Assembly: GCA_031835245.2 (NCBI GenBank)
Contig: JAVKOQ020000082.1
Coordinates: forward strand, 124,001 to 188,000
Source of the DNA: Balamuthia mandrillaris
Lineage: Eukaryota
Direction: 5' to 3'
DNA: 64,000 bases
Shown: positions 27,151 through 38,687 of the stretch, in pieces
How positions within the stretch are numbered: the first letter of the stretch is position 1
How the letters are laid out: every line of letters starts with the position of its first letter
Position numbers and translations under genes: made by a program
Notes under the pieces: generated by a model
Told to the model about the DNA's origin: nothing
Databases searched by the model: none
Seen by the model: only the letters and a program-made list of their open reading frames with translations

Positions 27151-27410
27151 AAAAAAAGAGGTGGGTTTGGTGACAGCGTCTCAGGTTAGCAGTGTGAGGG
27201 GGGTGGGTATCCCAGCCAAGAGCTTATACCAGCCCTGGCCAGGACGCCCTGGGGTCTCCTCCCAATATTTCAGGGAGGAGTCGAAGTATTATCTTATGCT
27301 AACCGTCGCTGTATTTATCATAAATGTCTTGAGAGTCGAAGTAACCCGACAACATTCGCACCATACTACCAACACCTCCAAACGATACCAAGGCTCGCCA
27401 ACCCCTCTTT
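27151..27410 (-). ncRNA. Candidate structured Pol III-type ncRNA (~255 nt) with vault-RNA-like motifs
   Basis: 5' and 3' ends are complementary, several nested stems need G-U pairs on the minus strand, and it ends in a T7 run. Contains GGGTTACTTCGAC and GAGACCCCAGGGCG. Confidence 0.5.
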
Positions 27411-27679
27411 CAACACCCACAAGGGGCAAGGACGATTTGGTGTTGGGTTTCCACAAGAAAAAAATGAGAACGTGAATGCAGTGTGGTTTAGGTGTCGACA
27501 ACAATTCAAATTTCGACAACAACTTGATCGAATCCACTGATCGATTTGCTGTAATACGGTGCAGAAAATGTGCAGGAATGGTGGTCAGAACAGGGTTCAC
27601 TTCACACACACACGCAGCGAAGACCAAGAGGGAGGAGGAGGCAACAACTGCCAAACAAACAAACAAACAAAAAAAAGCC

Positions 27680-27954
27680 ATGGCGGACGGAAAGATCACC
27701 ATCCAGGTCAAATGGAGCAAAGAACAGCATCAAGTGGAGATAGACCCCTCTGAAACGGGCCTCACCCTAAAGTCCCAGCTCTACGCTTTGACCGGCGTCC
27801 CTCCTGACAGACAAAAATGTAGGAGAGAGAGCGGCTTTGCTTTTTCCCCCCTCACTTTTCCCCTCCACACTGCACAACAAAACTAACAACGCGGTTGGTG
27901 GGTTTCAATAGGGATGGGCGTCAAGGCCATCAAGACCGGCGTTTTGGGAGTCAG

Positions 27955-27987
<33 letters not shown>

Positions 27988-29535
27988 ACTGACACTGAGA
28001 TGTTGGTTTTTCCCATAGGATGACGTGGAGCTTGGTACGCTTGGCTTCAAGCAAGGACAACGAGTGATGTTGATGGGCACTGCTGGCGAGCTACCCAAAG
28101 AACCTGTCAAAACAGTGTTTGTGGAGGATCTCAGCGCTGTTGACATGAGCAAGCTTGTCGAGCCGACCCACCCACCAGGCCTCCATAACCTTGGCAACAC
28201 CTGCTACCTCAACGCCACCCTGCAATGCCTCAGATCCATTCCTGAGCTCAATACCTCCCTCACAAGGTTCTCCATCTCTCAACTCTCGAAACTCTCTTCT
28301 CTCGTTGTTATGCTCCTATCTCTTCCTGTTAGGCATTCATGTGTGTTGACATTTGTTTAGTTTTTCAGGAGCAGTCACAGAGTATCAGGACAGAGACACA
28401 AACCTGACAGCTGGCCTCAGAGATTTGTTCAAGATGCTCAATACTCACCATGACACGGTGCTTCCTATGGCCTTTGTGGAGCGCTTCCGTCAGGACTTTC
28501 CTCAGTTTGCAGAGCGGACCGAATATGGTTGGGCTCAGCAAGACGCAGACGAGTGCTGCGGCCAAGTTTTGCGATCTCTCTCCCAGAAGCTTCCTCCTCT
28601 CTCTTTGCTCTCTTCCGCTTCCTCTTCCACAAGTTCTTCTCCATCCTCAGGAAACAGCCTTGTCAACCAACTGTTTTCTGGAGAGATGAAAGTGAGAATG
28701 AAGTGCATCGAGGAAGGCGGTGAGGCGGAAGAGCCGACTGAGCAATACGTTCCCTTCTTGAAGCTCTCTTGCTATATTGGTAGCCAGACCAACTTTATGT
28801 TGACAGGCCTTAAAGAGGTAACTTTGCTTTCTCTTTTTATGTTCATTATCTTGACTCTAAAGAAACTGGGATTTTTCTTGCCCTCACCAATTCTTTCTCT
28901 TTGCAGAGCATGAAAGAGCCTTTGCACAAGAATTCTCCTATCTTAGGACGCGATGCCCTCTACGAAAAGCAGCAAGAAATTAGCAGCCTTCCCTACTATC
29001 TCACTGTTCAGTTTGTTCGCTTCCACTGGAAGAAAGGCAAGGATGTGAAAGCCAAAGTATTAAGGGTTGGTACCAAACAACCTTTTTCCCCGTTATTTTA
29101 GTTTTTGTTTTGTTGAAGCGCAGAAACTAACCTTCTTTTGTTCATACAGCCAGTAGAGTTTCCATTCGTGTTGGACGTCTTTGATTTGTGCAGCGAGGAG
29201 TTGAAGAAGAAACTGGAAGTGAACCGTAAAATCCTGGTGGCTCGTGACGAGGCCCGAACCAACCTTCAGTTGGCCAGGAAAGACAAAGAAAAAGATGGCA
29301 TGGACATTGATGAAGACAAGAAGAAAGAGGAAGAGGCATCTCTTCCTCCTTTGTGGGACCAACGTATGCTTTTCTCCCCCTACCTTCACTTTCTTTTTAA
29401 TCTATTTACATTTCTTCACAAATAGAACCAATGAAAAACGAGACCGGCTTCTACGAACTGTTTGCTGTGTTGACACACAAAGGACGTTCCGCTGACTCTG
29501 GCCATTACGTCGGCTGGGTAAAGCAGGGCGAAGGT

Positions 29536-29569
<34 letters not shown>

Positions 29570-29711
29570 TCTATTCCTCCTCTTGCTCCTTTTCTAATAT
29601 TGCAACAAAGACCACTGGCTGTGCTATGATGACGAAAAGGTGACTGACTGTAGGAACGACGACATTACCAAGTTGGTAGGCAAAGGCGGAGGTTTGTATT
29701 CCCTCTCTTCC

Positions 29712-29755
<44 letters not shown>

Positions 29756-29851
29756 CAACGCCTATTGACAACAATTGTTGTGTGGGCATGACGAACAGCG
29801 GATTGGCACATGGCCTACATCTGTTTCTACCGCACGAAGCCTGTTCAGTAA
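27680..29851 (+). CDS. USP14: Proteasome-associated deubiquitinase USP14/Ubp6
   Basis: N-terminal UBL (VKWSKE..LKSQLYALTGVPPDRQK), Cys box GLHNLGNTCYLNATLQCL, QQDADEC, His box LTHKGRSADSGHYVGW, and GGGDWHMAY-like end. Confidence 0.95.
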
Positions 29852-30058
29852 AATCACAACCAACTACAAAAGGCAGCACAGCAACAACGCTCAACTGCAG
29901 TATTTTGGCTTTTCGTTTCGTTTATTGCTTTTCTTTGCTGCAGTAAATAGGAGTTACAAGAGAACGCGTTTCTTTGTAGTTTGCGTTTGTCTTTTGTGTG
30001 AATGCAACGAGAAGTGTGATGTACAAAGTCAGGTTAAAGGATGATTAGGCTGACCAAC

Positions 30059-30920
30059 TTAGTCACTGGCATCTTCCTCTTCATCCTCTTCCTCTTCGCT
30101 TTCTTCCTCGCTTTCTTCCTCGCTTTCTTCCTCACTCTCCTCACTTTCTTCTTCCTCCTCTTTCCGCTTCTTCTCTTCCATCTCGTTGTTTGTGGAGACA
30201 GAAGTAGATGCGGCTGAGGGTTTAGCTCGCTTATCAGGTGGGGGCCGCCCTTCAACAGAGGAGGAGGAAGAAGATGAAGATGGTGAAGAGGAATTAGGGT
30301 GGGTGTTGGTGTCGTTTGAAGCTGAAAGCTGGTCTCTGGGCCGTTTTTTGTGAAGGAGCGTTGTGTTGGCAGCGTCGATGGCATACTTTGCAGTCCATGC
30401 CCGAGCTGTCTCCTGAAACTGTTGCGGATTGTTCATGAATACTTGGTTCTGCCAAAGAAAATGTTAGCATGAGTTTGGTGCTGTGTTTATTCCTTCTCCT
30501 GTGTTGTTCTTCTTGTTCCTTGCCAGGTCCTTTAAAGAACAAGAACAAGAACAAGAACAAGAAGAACAACACAGGAGAAGGAATAAACAAGAAGAACTAC
30601 GAGAACAAGAACAACAACACAACCACAACAGAAAAAGGAATAAGAAGAACGAGGAGAGGAAGAGGTACAATGTCTGCCATGAGAGGGTCTTGTGGATTGG
30701 GGCTGGACATTAGGGACTGTATGGAGGTCAGGACGGTGGAAAGGTTGAGGGAGGGCGTCCAAACTCCCTTTGGCGGCATGACAAGGGTGTCTAAGCATAT
30801 GCGGCCAGCCTCATCAATGTTCGGGTGGTAAATGGGCGTCAGGAAGTTCACTTTGGGCGGCTCGAAAGGATACCTGCTCAGACAGACAACAAAAAGAGAG
30901 AGCTTCAGTGTTTGAACGAC

Positions 30921-30951
<31 letters not shown>

Positions 30952-31238
30952 ACCACAGACCTTTCCGGCATGGTTATCAACAGTTTGAAGGTACCTCCTT
31001 CGTAGGGCGTGCCTTCAGCGCCTTGGATAGCTTTTTGTTGTGGTGGTGGTGGGTGTTACTAGTGCAAAGCCAAGCAGGAGGAATAGAGAACGGCAAAGAA
31101 AGAAAGAAAGAAAGGAATAACTCTCAGCGTACCAGCTTCAATTTCGGTGAGTGAAGAAGCATCCTTGGGCCAAGCAGAGATTCCAAAGGGCGGGTCCTCC
31201 TCCAACAATCGCAAGTCCTTCGTTGTGCGCTGCAGCAT
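30059..31238 (-). CDS. UBE2T: Ubiquitin-conjugating enzyme E2 T (Fanconi anaemia pathway E2), 4 exons, acidic tail
   Basis: [83 protein letters not shown]. The PPKG insertion after the active-site Cys is typical of UBE2T. Confidence 0.88.
30484..30589. repeat. Perfect 35-bp inverted repeat in UBE2T intron 3
   Basis: 30484-30518 TGTTTATTCCTTCTCCTGTGTTGTTCTTCTTGTTC is the exact reverse complement of 30555-30589, with a 36-nt spacer. Confidence 0.95.
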
Positions 31239-31303
31239 GCTCCCTCCTCCTCCTCCTCTCTCTGTTGAAAAAATTCCAGTAAAATTTTCCCCTGGAGAGA
31301 GAG

Positions 31304-32330
31304 ATGAGCGAGAGGAGCATCCTCGGTGGGGCGAGCAGCAGCAGCAGCAGGTGCAAGCGCAAGACGCCTTCCCCTCGTGACGGCAAAGCGGTCAGCAGCA
31401 CCAGCGGTGAAGGTGGACGGACTGAAGAGAGCCAACAGCGGGCGGAGGAGAGGTCTCCACGCGCTGGGGCCAAGCGGAAGCGACGGCGAGTTCTTCCCCA
31501 AACGATACCGCCGCCACCGCCACCTCCTCCTGCAGCCACAACAACACCACCACAACCACCGGCACAGCAACATGAGGGTGGCCAAGGAGGCAGCAAAGGC
31601 AAGAAGAGGAAGCTGGAAGAGCACCTGCAGGAAGGAGCCACTGCCAGCACCTCACCTCCTCCTCGCACCAAACGCAAGCGCCCAAATACCGCCTCCACAA
31701 GTGCTCTCCCTTTGAGCGTTACGACCGACAACAAGAACAACAGCACAAAGCTCAAGTGCAAGCGCAAGCGCAAGCGCAAAGCCCGCCCCAAGAAAGGTGA
31801 GCCACCGCCATTGTCGTTATCGCGCATTCATGCCTCCGTCGGCCTGACCTCATGCTCAATGTTTTTTTTTTCAACGTGGTGAAGTGAACGTGCAGGTTTT
31901 GCAGCAGGTGTTCTCTGTAGCAGTGGACGAGGCTGCCACTGACGGCAAAGCCCACAACAACCTTCAAACCCTGCATCGCTATTTGCTGCACGCCATGGAA
32001 GCTTCCTCGGTCACTTCTTCCTCCACCAGCGCCACTGCTGCTACCGTCAATAATGCAAATACGAGCGCTTTCAGCAGCAACCGTAACAACAGAAAGCATA
32101 AGAAATGGGCCTTGTTAAGGGCGGATGACCCACCCGCCTATAGGGCATTGCTGACAGGGTGCCTTGTGGGGACGCTGGCAGAGGCTCCCCCCGCTGCTGC
32201 CATAGTCACTGACACGAACCAGAGATTCACGCAGGCTCAGTTGCTAAACCGGGTCCTAGAGACGTTGTTTCTTGGACGTTCTGGTGCTCCTCCCAACCAC
32301 CTCCTTGCCAAAGGCTATCGCAAGGTTATT

Positions 32331-32373
<43 letters not shown>

Positions 32374-35300
32374 TTTTGTTTTCGTTTTGTCACAAGGTGA
32401 TAACGGTTACATCAGCAACGACCAGGACAGGGACATGGGATGCAGAGCCTCTATGGCGTGGAGTGTTATTTTCCTAACACGCTTGTGAATGTGCTGAAGG
32501 GATCCGAGTGGGACCTGCTGCTCTCTCGCATAGGCGATGCCTGTATGCTCCACCTTCTTCTGCACACGTGCCTCTTCCTGCCGCTACCCAACAGCTGTTA
32601 CATGCAGCTGACAGGACCACCTCTCTCTTCGCTTCTGCTGCGCTCTGGACGAAAGTTGAAACGTCCTCCTTCCAAGCATCCATCAGCCTCGACAGCTGCA
32701 ACAAGCCCCACCAGAACGAACACGAAAGAGAAAGAGGATAACCATCCCACTGAATGGAGAGTAGAAAGTCCAAAAGATCCTTCCTCCACAACGGCTGCCA
32801 GGCTGGAGCGCTCCCGCATCTTTTATTCGAATCCGTTCAAAGGTAGAGGATTACCCAAACTACGTACGTAACGGCTTTTCCTTTCTCTCTCTTTATTTCT
32901 CTGGCTCTCGCTTTTTTTGAAAAGAATGGAAGTGTTAATGACCCTTTTGTGTTCTTTTCTTGATTGACAGACGTTTTAAACAATGTAAAAGCATCGAACA
33001 AAGGCGTTCATATCCTATTAACAAATATATTTCTTCAAGAGAAGAATTCTGCCAAATCTTTAGAGGAAGCAGGAAGCAGCCTAGCCAGCTCTTCCGATGG
33101 CCTTAAAGTTAACGTTGCCAAGGCACAACATTCTGTCAGCAAAAGGCATCAACAGCGAGTTCCTGCTCGCTTGGTAGTGGTGATCCCACTGCTCAAACGA
33201 ATTATTCAACGACACAACAAGGTTCAAAATTCGTACCACCGCGCATTGAACAGACACTGTCCTTTACCTCTGCCTCGCCATCTCCTTCCAACTGAATCAC
33301 CCGCATCGTTAATCCCATCTTCATCACGCAGCGCTAAGGGGATTACCTCGGTCTGTCTTGATGCTGATCCCAGCACACAGAGACAGCCAGAGAGAGAAGG
33401 CGCCATGGATGCTGACCTCTCTACTCCTGTTTCCATCAAAGAACGAAAAAGGGCTTTAAGCAGAGTTACAAACTACAACGATCTGTTTCAGTATCACTCT
33501 GCCTGCAAGTACGTCACTGCTTTTGTAAAAGCGGTGTGCTCCTATCTCATCCCTTTTGAGATGTGGGGCTCTCAGCATAACCTATCGATTTTTCATAAGA
33601 GTATGTTTTCCGGCACTCTATTCTTTCTCTTCTTCAAGGCCTTTACTGGATGGCGAATGACCATTGATTTATTATTTACAGATATCTATCGCTTTGTGAA
33701 GTCTCGAAGATTCGAATCACTTACTGTAGAACAAATTATGCAAGGAATGAAGGTAACCTTTGCGCAACCGTCGAGTAAGGACGTACTTTCGTATAACTCT
33801 CTTTGTCTCTCTCATGCAGCTTAACGACTGTAAGTGGTTAGATTGTAGCTCAAGAAAGAAGAACAAAGCCAACAAAGACAAGCATCAAGGCCACCTTCCT
33901 CCAAACGATGCAATAAAGAGGCATAAGTTGATGAAGTGTTGGCTGAGGTGGGTCTTTGAAGGACTTGTTGTACCGTTACTTCGTAACAACTTTTACATAA
34001 CAGAGAAGGCAACCACTGGAAAACGAATTTACTACTATCGAAAACCCATATGGGCGCGCGTCTCAACGTTGGCCATGCAGGAGCTTCTATCGCGAAGGAT
34101 ATTTGAAGAAATATCAGACGTGAGTATTTTTTTTTTCATCCGCTTTTATTATCACTGTTTTTCAAAAACTCGGACTGACCTGCCAACCTTTTTCATTTCT
34201 TCTTTACACACACGAAAATAGAAGGAAACTCAACGTCTTTTGTCTCGTCGCCCCTTTGGTTACTCTTTCCTAAGATTCCTCGCAAAGCAACAAGGCATTC
34301 GGCCCATCATGAATCTGGCATGGAAGCCATCCTTCTCTCCTTCCACTTGTGGCTTTGGCAAAAGCGTATCCCCGCCCGCTCACTCCATCAACACCATTCT
34401 CTCCACAACCTTCCACGTCCTCAACAGCGCCAAAGATGAACTGCCTCAGAACTTTGGTGGTTCTGTGTTCAGCTACAACGAAGCCTACGTTCGCATTGCC
34501 GGCTTTTTACAATCAGTTAGACGGAGCTACGCTCAATCGGGAGGTGGAATGGAGTCTACCCCTTCCACTCGGCCGCTTCCTGCATTGTACATGGTCAGCG
34601 TGGATGTTAAGCAGTCATTTGATAACGTAAATCAACACAAACTGTGGTCTGCTGTTATGCAGCTGTTGAACGGACAACGACGGGACCAGTATCTTGTGCA
34701 ACGATATGCTACCCACGTACCGATAGCTGCTCAGCAACGCATCCATAGCACCTACGAACGAGCTATCTCTCATCCTGCCCAATTTCCACAGTTCCTGCAA
34801 TTTGCCACACAGCGTGCCGCTACTTTGAAAAATGCTGTGCTAACTGATGAAGTTCGTTTTCTCTCTCTCCCTTTCGCCATCCTCCTTCTGTTCTTTATAT
34901 TCTCGTTGTTCTCTTCCTCGTTTCTCTCTCTCTCTCTCTCTTTGCTCACTATGTAGTTTGCCAATGTTAGGTAGTATACGCGCTGGTAGATAAATCAGAA
35001 ATCAAAAGGCTATTGAAAGAGCACATATTTAGCAATATAGTATGCTTGGATGGACGCTTCTATCGCCAGCGGAAGGGAATACCTCAAGGCTCTGTATTGT
35101 CTTCCCTGCTTTGTTCTTTGTTATACGGTTACATGGAAAACAATTGCTTGGAACATCTACCGAAAGAGGATTATTCTCTGGAAACTGGTAACGATCCTCT
35201 GGAGAACAAGCGCGATCCTGCCAAAGGAGTGTTGGTTCGCCTCATAGACGATTTTCTGTACATTACGACTTGTAAAGAAAAGGCAGAACGTTTCGTGGCA

Positions 35301-36396
35301 GACATGCAGGAGGGATATCCAGCCTATGGTTGCATGATAAACACTCACAAGACTCGTGTAAACTTTGCCACAGACCTTCTTCCAAAGCAATGCTGCTTCC
35401 TTCCAGGTCCCTATTCCATCACCTGTCTGATAACTTGATTTTAAGCTGATCCCCTCACCTCTCCTTATGTTTGCTTTTTGTTGTTGGCGCCAACCAACAG
35501 ACGATAAGACCGGAACTGCACCGTTCTTGCCTTGGTGTGGCTTACTTATCAACACAGTAACTTTGGAAATTATGGCTGATTACTCCAGATACTATGGCTG
35601 CGGTATTGCTTCCCCCCTCTCGTTCTCCTTGATGGTGCGGGATTTGCGTACTTATGACAACCATACTAATGCTGTAGAGATCGAGAACACGCTCACTGTC
35701 AAGTACACCGGAGAAGCGTTTAGGCAGCAGATGTTGCTTTCTATCCGTCCTAAATGCCACCCGTTGCTTTTGGACGGAAACGTGAACAGCGTGTTTACTG
35801 TACGGCTAAATGTGTACCAAGCGTTTTTGTTCTCTGCAATTAAGTACCACTGCCACGTCTGTTGTCTTCCGTTCGCTGTGGATGAACGAAACGCCTCTTT
35901 CTTCAATGGTAATTTTCTCACTCTCTCTCACTCTCTCTCACTCTCTCTCTCTCTCTCTCTCTCGCCTTTCCAAATGAGCAACCACCAAACACCCTTTTGT
36001 AACGGCAAACAGGAGTGATTGGAGATGTATTGGAGTACATGAACGTTTTGATAAAACTGCGGTGCACAAGTCCTGTGGCGCAGCGGATGGCCTGCTCTTG
36101 CCCTATCGCCCGCCATGAGGTTTACTGGTTTGTTGTTTCTTCGCCCGCCCACTCGTACCCCTGCATGTCACCCCCTCACCAACCCTCTGCTCATCTCTCC
36201 CCAACAACGGCCATAAAGGCTGGGCTACAAGGCCTATCTTCACGTAATGCAGCGAAAGCACGCAAGGTACGCCCCGATCGTGGCCCACCTCAAAGAAAAG
36301 TTGGGCAGCCTTCCAAAGAGCAAGCAGCTGGCCCGCCGCCTGCGCTTGGTGGTGCAACCCCACCGCAGCCCTGCCTTTGCCAACATGCTCTACTGA
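31304..36396 (+). CDS. TERT: Telomerase reverse transcriptase, multi-exon, apparently intact
   Basis: TEN domain (DDPPAYRALL, WDLLLSRIGD..YMQLTG), CP (NRHCP), QFP (VTAFV..LIP..WGS.HN), T motif (FYITE..IYYYRKPIW). RT motifs 1/2 (LRFLAK..GIRPI), A (VDVKQSFDNV), B' (GIPQGSVLSSLLCSL), C (RLIDDFL), D, E (PWCGLLI). CTE (EVYWLGYKAY). Confidence 0.97.
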
Positions 36397-36886
36397 GTGG
36401 GTGCGTGTTCGTCAGCCGAAAAACAACAAACCATTGCGCCGATATTCTCCCTAAAGGAATAGTTCCCACCACCACCACCACCACCACCACCACCACCACC
36501 ACCACCACCACCACCACCTTTATTCGAAGATAGTTTGGGTGAAAGAGAGGAGAGGAGAAAGGAGAAGGAGAAGGGAGAGGAGGAGTGGCCAGCATTTGGA
36601 GGGGGAAAAGGTACCTACCCCCCCCCCCCTTTGCCCCCAAAAAAGGGAAAGAGGAAGCAAAGCAAAGAAAAGGGAGAGCCCCCTTATCTCTCTGCTTTCC
36701 TAACGAAAATAGACAGCAACACCACTTGGGGGGGGGGCCACCCCGTCTTTTCTGTTGCAGAAACAAACAAGCAAGGAGGAAGAGGAGGAGGAGGAAGGAA
36801 GCAGGCACAAGGAGGAAGGTCATACCACCTTTCTTCTTTCACCATCACCAAAAGGAAAGGGGGGAGGGGAGAGACGGCTTAGAAAG

Positions 36887-37316
36887 ATGAAGCTGAAAGT
36901 TTTGACAGTGTTTAAGGTGCTCTCCCTGGCCCTGCTGCTGAGCATGGTGATTGCAGCGGTGGTCCTGCTCTTCGTGCCAGGCTCCCCGTTGGAAAGCATC
37001 CTGCTGACGTTCTTGAACTGGCTGCGGAGCATCCCCAAGGTGTGGAGCGCCCTCCTCCTGGGGCTCGTGCAGACCGTGGTGCTGGTGTTGATGCTGCCTG
37101 GCACGCCCCTGAACTTGGCTTGCGGGTTTCTGTTTGGGCCTTGGATTGGAAGCGCGGTCAGCTTGACCAGCACCGACCTCTCCGTCGTGATTTCCTTCTT
37201 GATCGCGCGGTACTTGTGCCGTGATTGGGCCGCCAAGCAAATTGGTACCTTTTCGGTTTCCCTCCTTTCGTTGTTTGTTTCATCCCTTGACTTTCTTGCT
37301 CTATCTTCATTCCGTG

Positions 37317-37365
<49 letters not shown>

Positions 37366-37871
37366 CTCCTATTGAAACAACAGCCCAACGACCAAAGTTC
37401 AAAGCGGTAGACTCTGCGTTGAGTAAGCAGGGCATGTACATCATTTTTCTCATTCGGTAAGCTTCTTTAAACCCTTTTTATTTTTTGTTCCTCGCCATAC
37501 TCACATACTCATGTTTCCTTGCGTTACATGCTATACAGCCTCTCTCCAGTGTTTCCTTTTGGTTTGTGGTTCGTTACACAGAGTCCCTCCTGCTTTTTCA
37601 CTTTTTTTTTTTGTGCTTCGCGTTACATTAGCTTGTCTTTTATTCCTTTCTTTCTTTTTCTCTTCATTCGGTCATAACTGTTGCTCTCTCTCTTCTGTGC
37701 TTTTCTCCCTAGTAACTACTTTTTCGCGTTGACGGAGGTTACCTTCCTTAAGTATTGGTTGGCCTCCTCCGCTGGTCTGTTTCCCTTTACGGTGGCCTAT
37801 TCTTACCTAGGTATCATCAGTGCCCTTGCTTTTCGTTGTTTCTTCTTAACTTTTTGCTATTCTCTGATCTT

Positions 37872-37907
<36 letters not shown>

Positions 37908-38329
37908 AAAACGTCAAAGGGTCGTTAATGCGGGAAATAGCAGACATCTTCACGGATGGCTCCAAAGGCAATGCCACCCAACAGATTATATTTATCTCTT
38001 TAGGTGGCCTACCTCCTCTTTATCTTATTTCTGCTCCTCTTTCTTACACCGCCCATGAATGACAAACAGGAGGAGCAGCAACTGTAATATCAGTGGTGTT
38101 GGTAGCGGTGATCACACGGCAGGCCCTCCGAAAGGCTACACTGGAGCAGCGCTCAGCAACCGCTCAAAGAGAAGCGGAGGAGGATTTATCGATGGACGAG
38201 TTGGAGTCTGGGCTTGCTAGTTGGCCAGAAGGCTCCTCCCTCCACGCCCGCTCTCCTTCCACGAAACGCAATTCTCCCACCACCACCGAAGATGAAGACG
38301 AGGAGTCTCTGCTTCTCGAAGTTACATAA
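36887..38329 (+). CDS. TVP38/TMEM64 (VTT, SNARE-associated Golgi) membrane protein
   Basis: LPGTPLNLACGFLFG..FLIARY..FKAVDSAL..FLIRLSPVFPFGLCNY..YSYLG. Confidence 0.9.
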
Positions 38330-38480
38330 AACAAACATCGTGCTCTTTTTTTTTTTCATTTGTTTTAAAAAAAACATCACCTTCTCTGTATCTCTCTCCC
38401 TCCCTCTCTCTCTGCTCTCTGCTCTCTCCTCTCTGCTCTCTCCACTCTCCTCTCCTCTCTGCGTTTGCGGTGAATGTAAA

Positions 38481-38503
38481 TGAGGGTTAGGGTTAGGGTC
38501 AGG
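38481..38503 (+). repeat. Short interstitial telomere-like tract TGAGGG(TTAGGG)2TCAGG
   Basis: Read directly from the sequence. Further degenerate units (AGGTTAG, TGAGGGTT) continue to ~38526. Confidence 0.8.
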
Positions 38504-38687
38504 ATATAAGGTTAGCGATGAGGGTTCAAGCTGCCCTGGGGCACGGTCCCCAGCGCCTCTCCCTTGCCTGTTGCTTCCTTTCTGTGTGCCGCGAGCAAAA
38601 AAAAAACCCAAACAGCCCCTCCCCCCCCCCTCCCCTCCCCCATCCCCTTCCCCTTCCCACACACAGTAACGCAACACAAAAACAACA

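Noticed and set aside
27151..27410. Structured RNA candidate as telomerase RNA
   Set aside because: No CCCTAA-type template longer than one repeat on either strand; the CTAACC present is buried in a stem.
33760..35600. Reverse transcriptase motifs as a retrotransposon or retron
   Set aside because: TEN, CP, QFP and T motifs, a CTE and spliceosomal introns identify it as cellular TERT. No LTRs, endonuclease or target-site duplication.
20970..36396. Telomere gene cluster (G-strand-binding-like RRM gene near TERT)
   Set aside because: The genes are about 9 kb apart with unrelated genes between, and Gbp-family proteins are mainly mRNA-binding. Probably coincidence.
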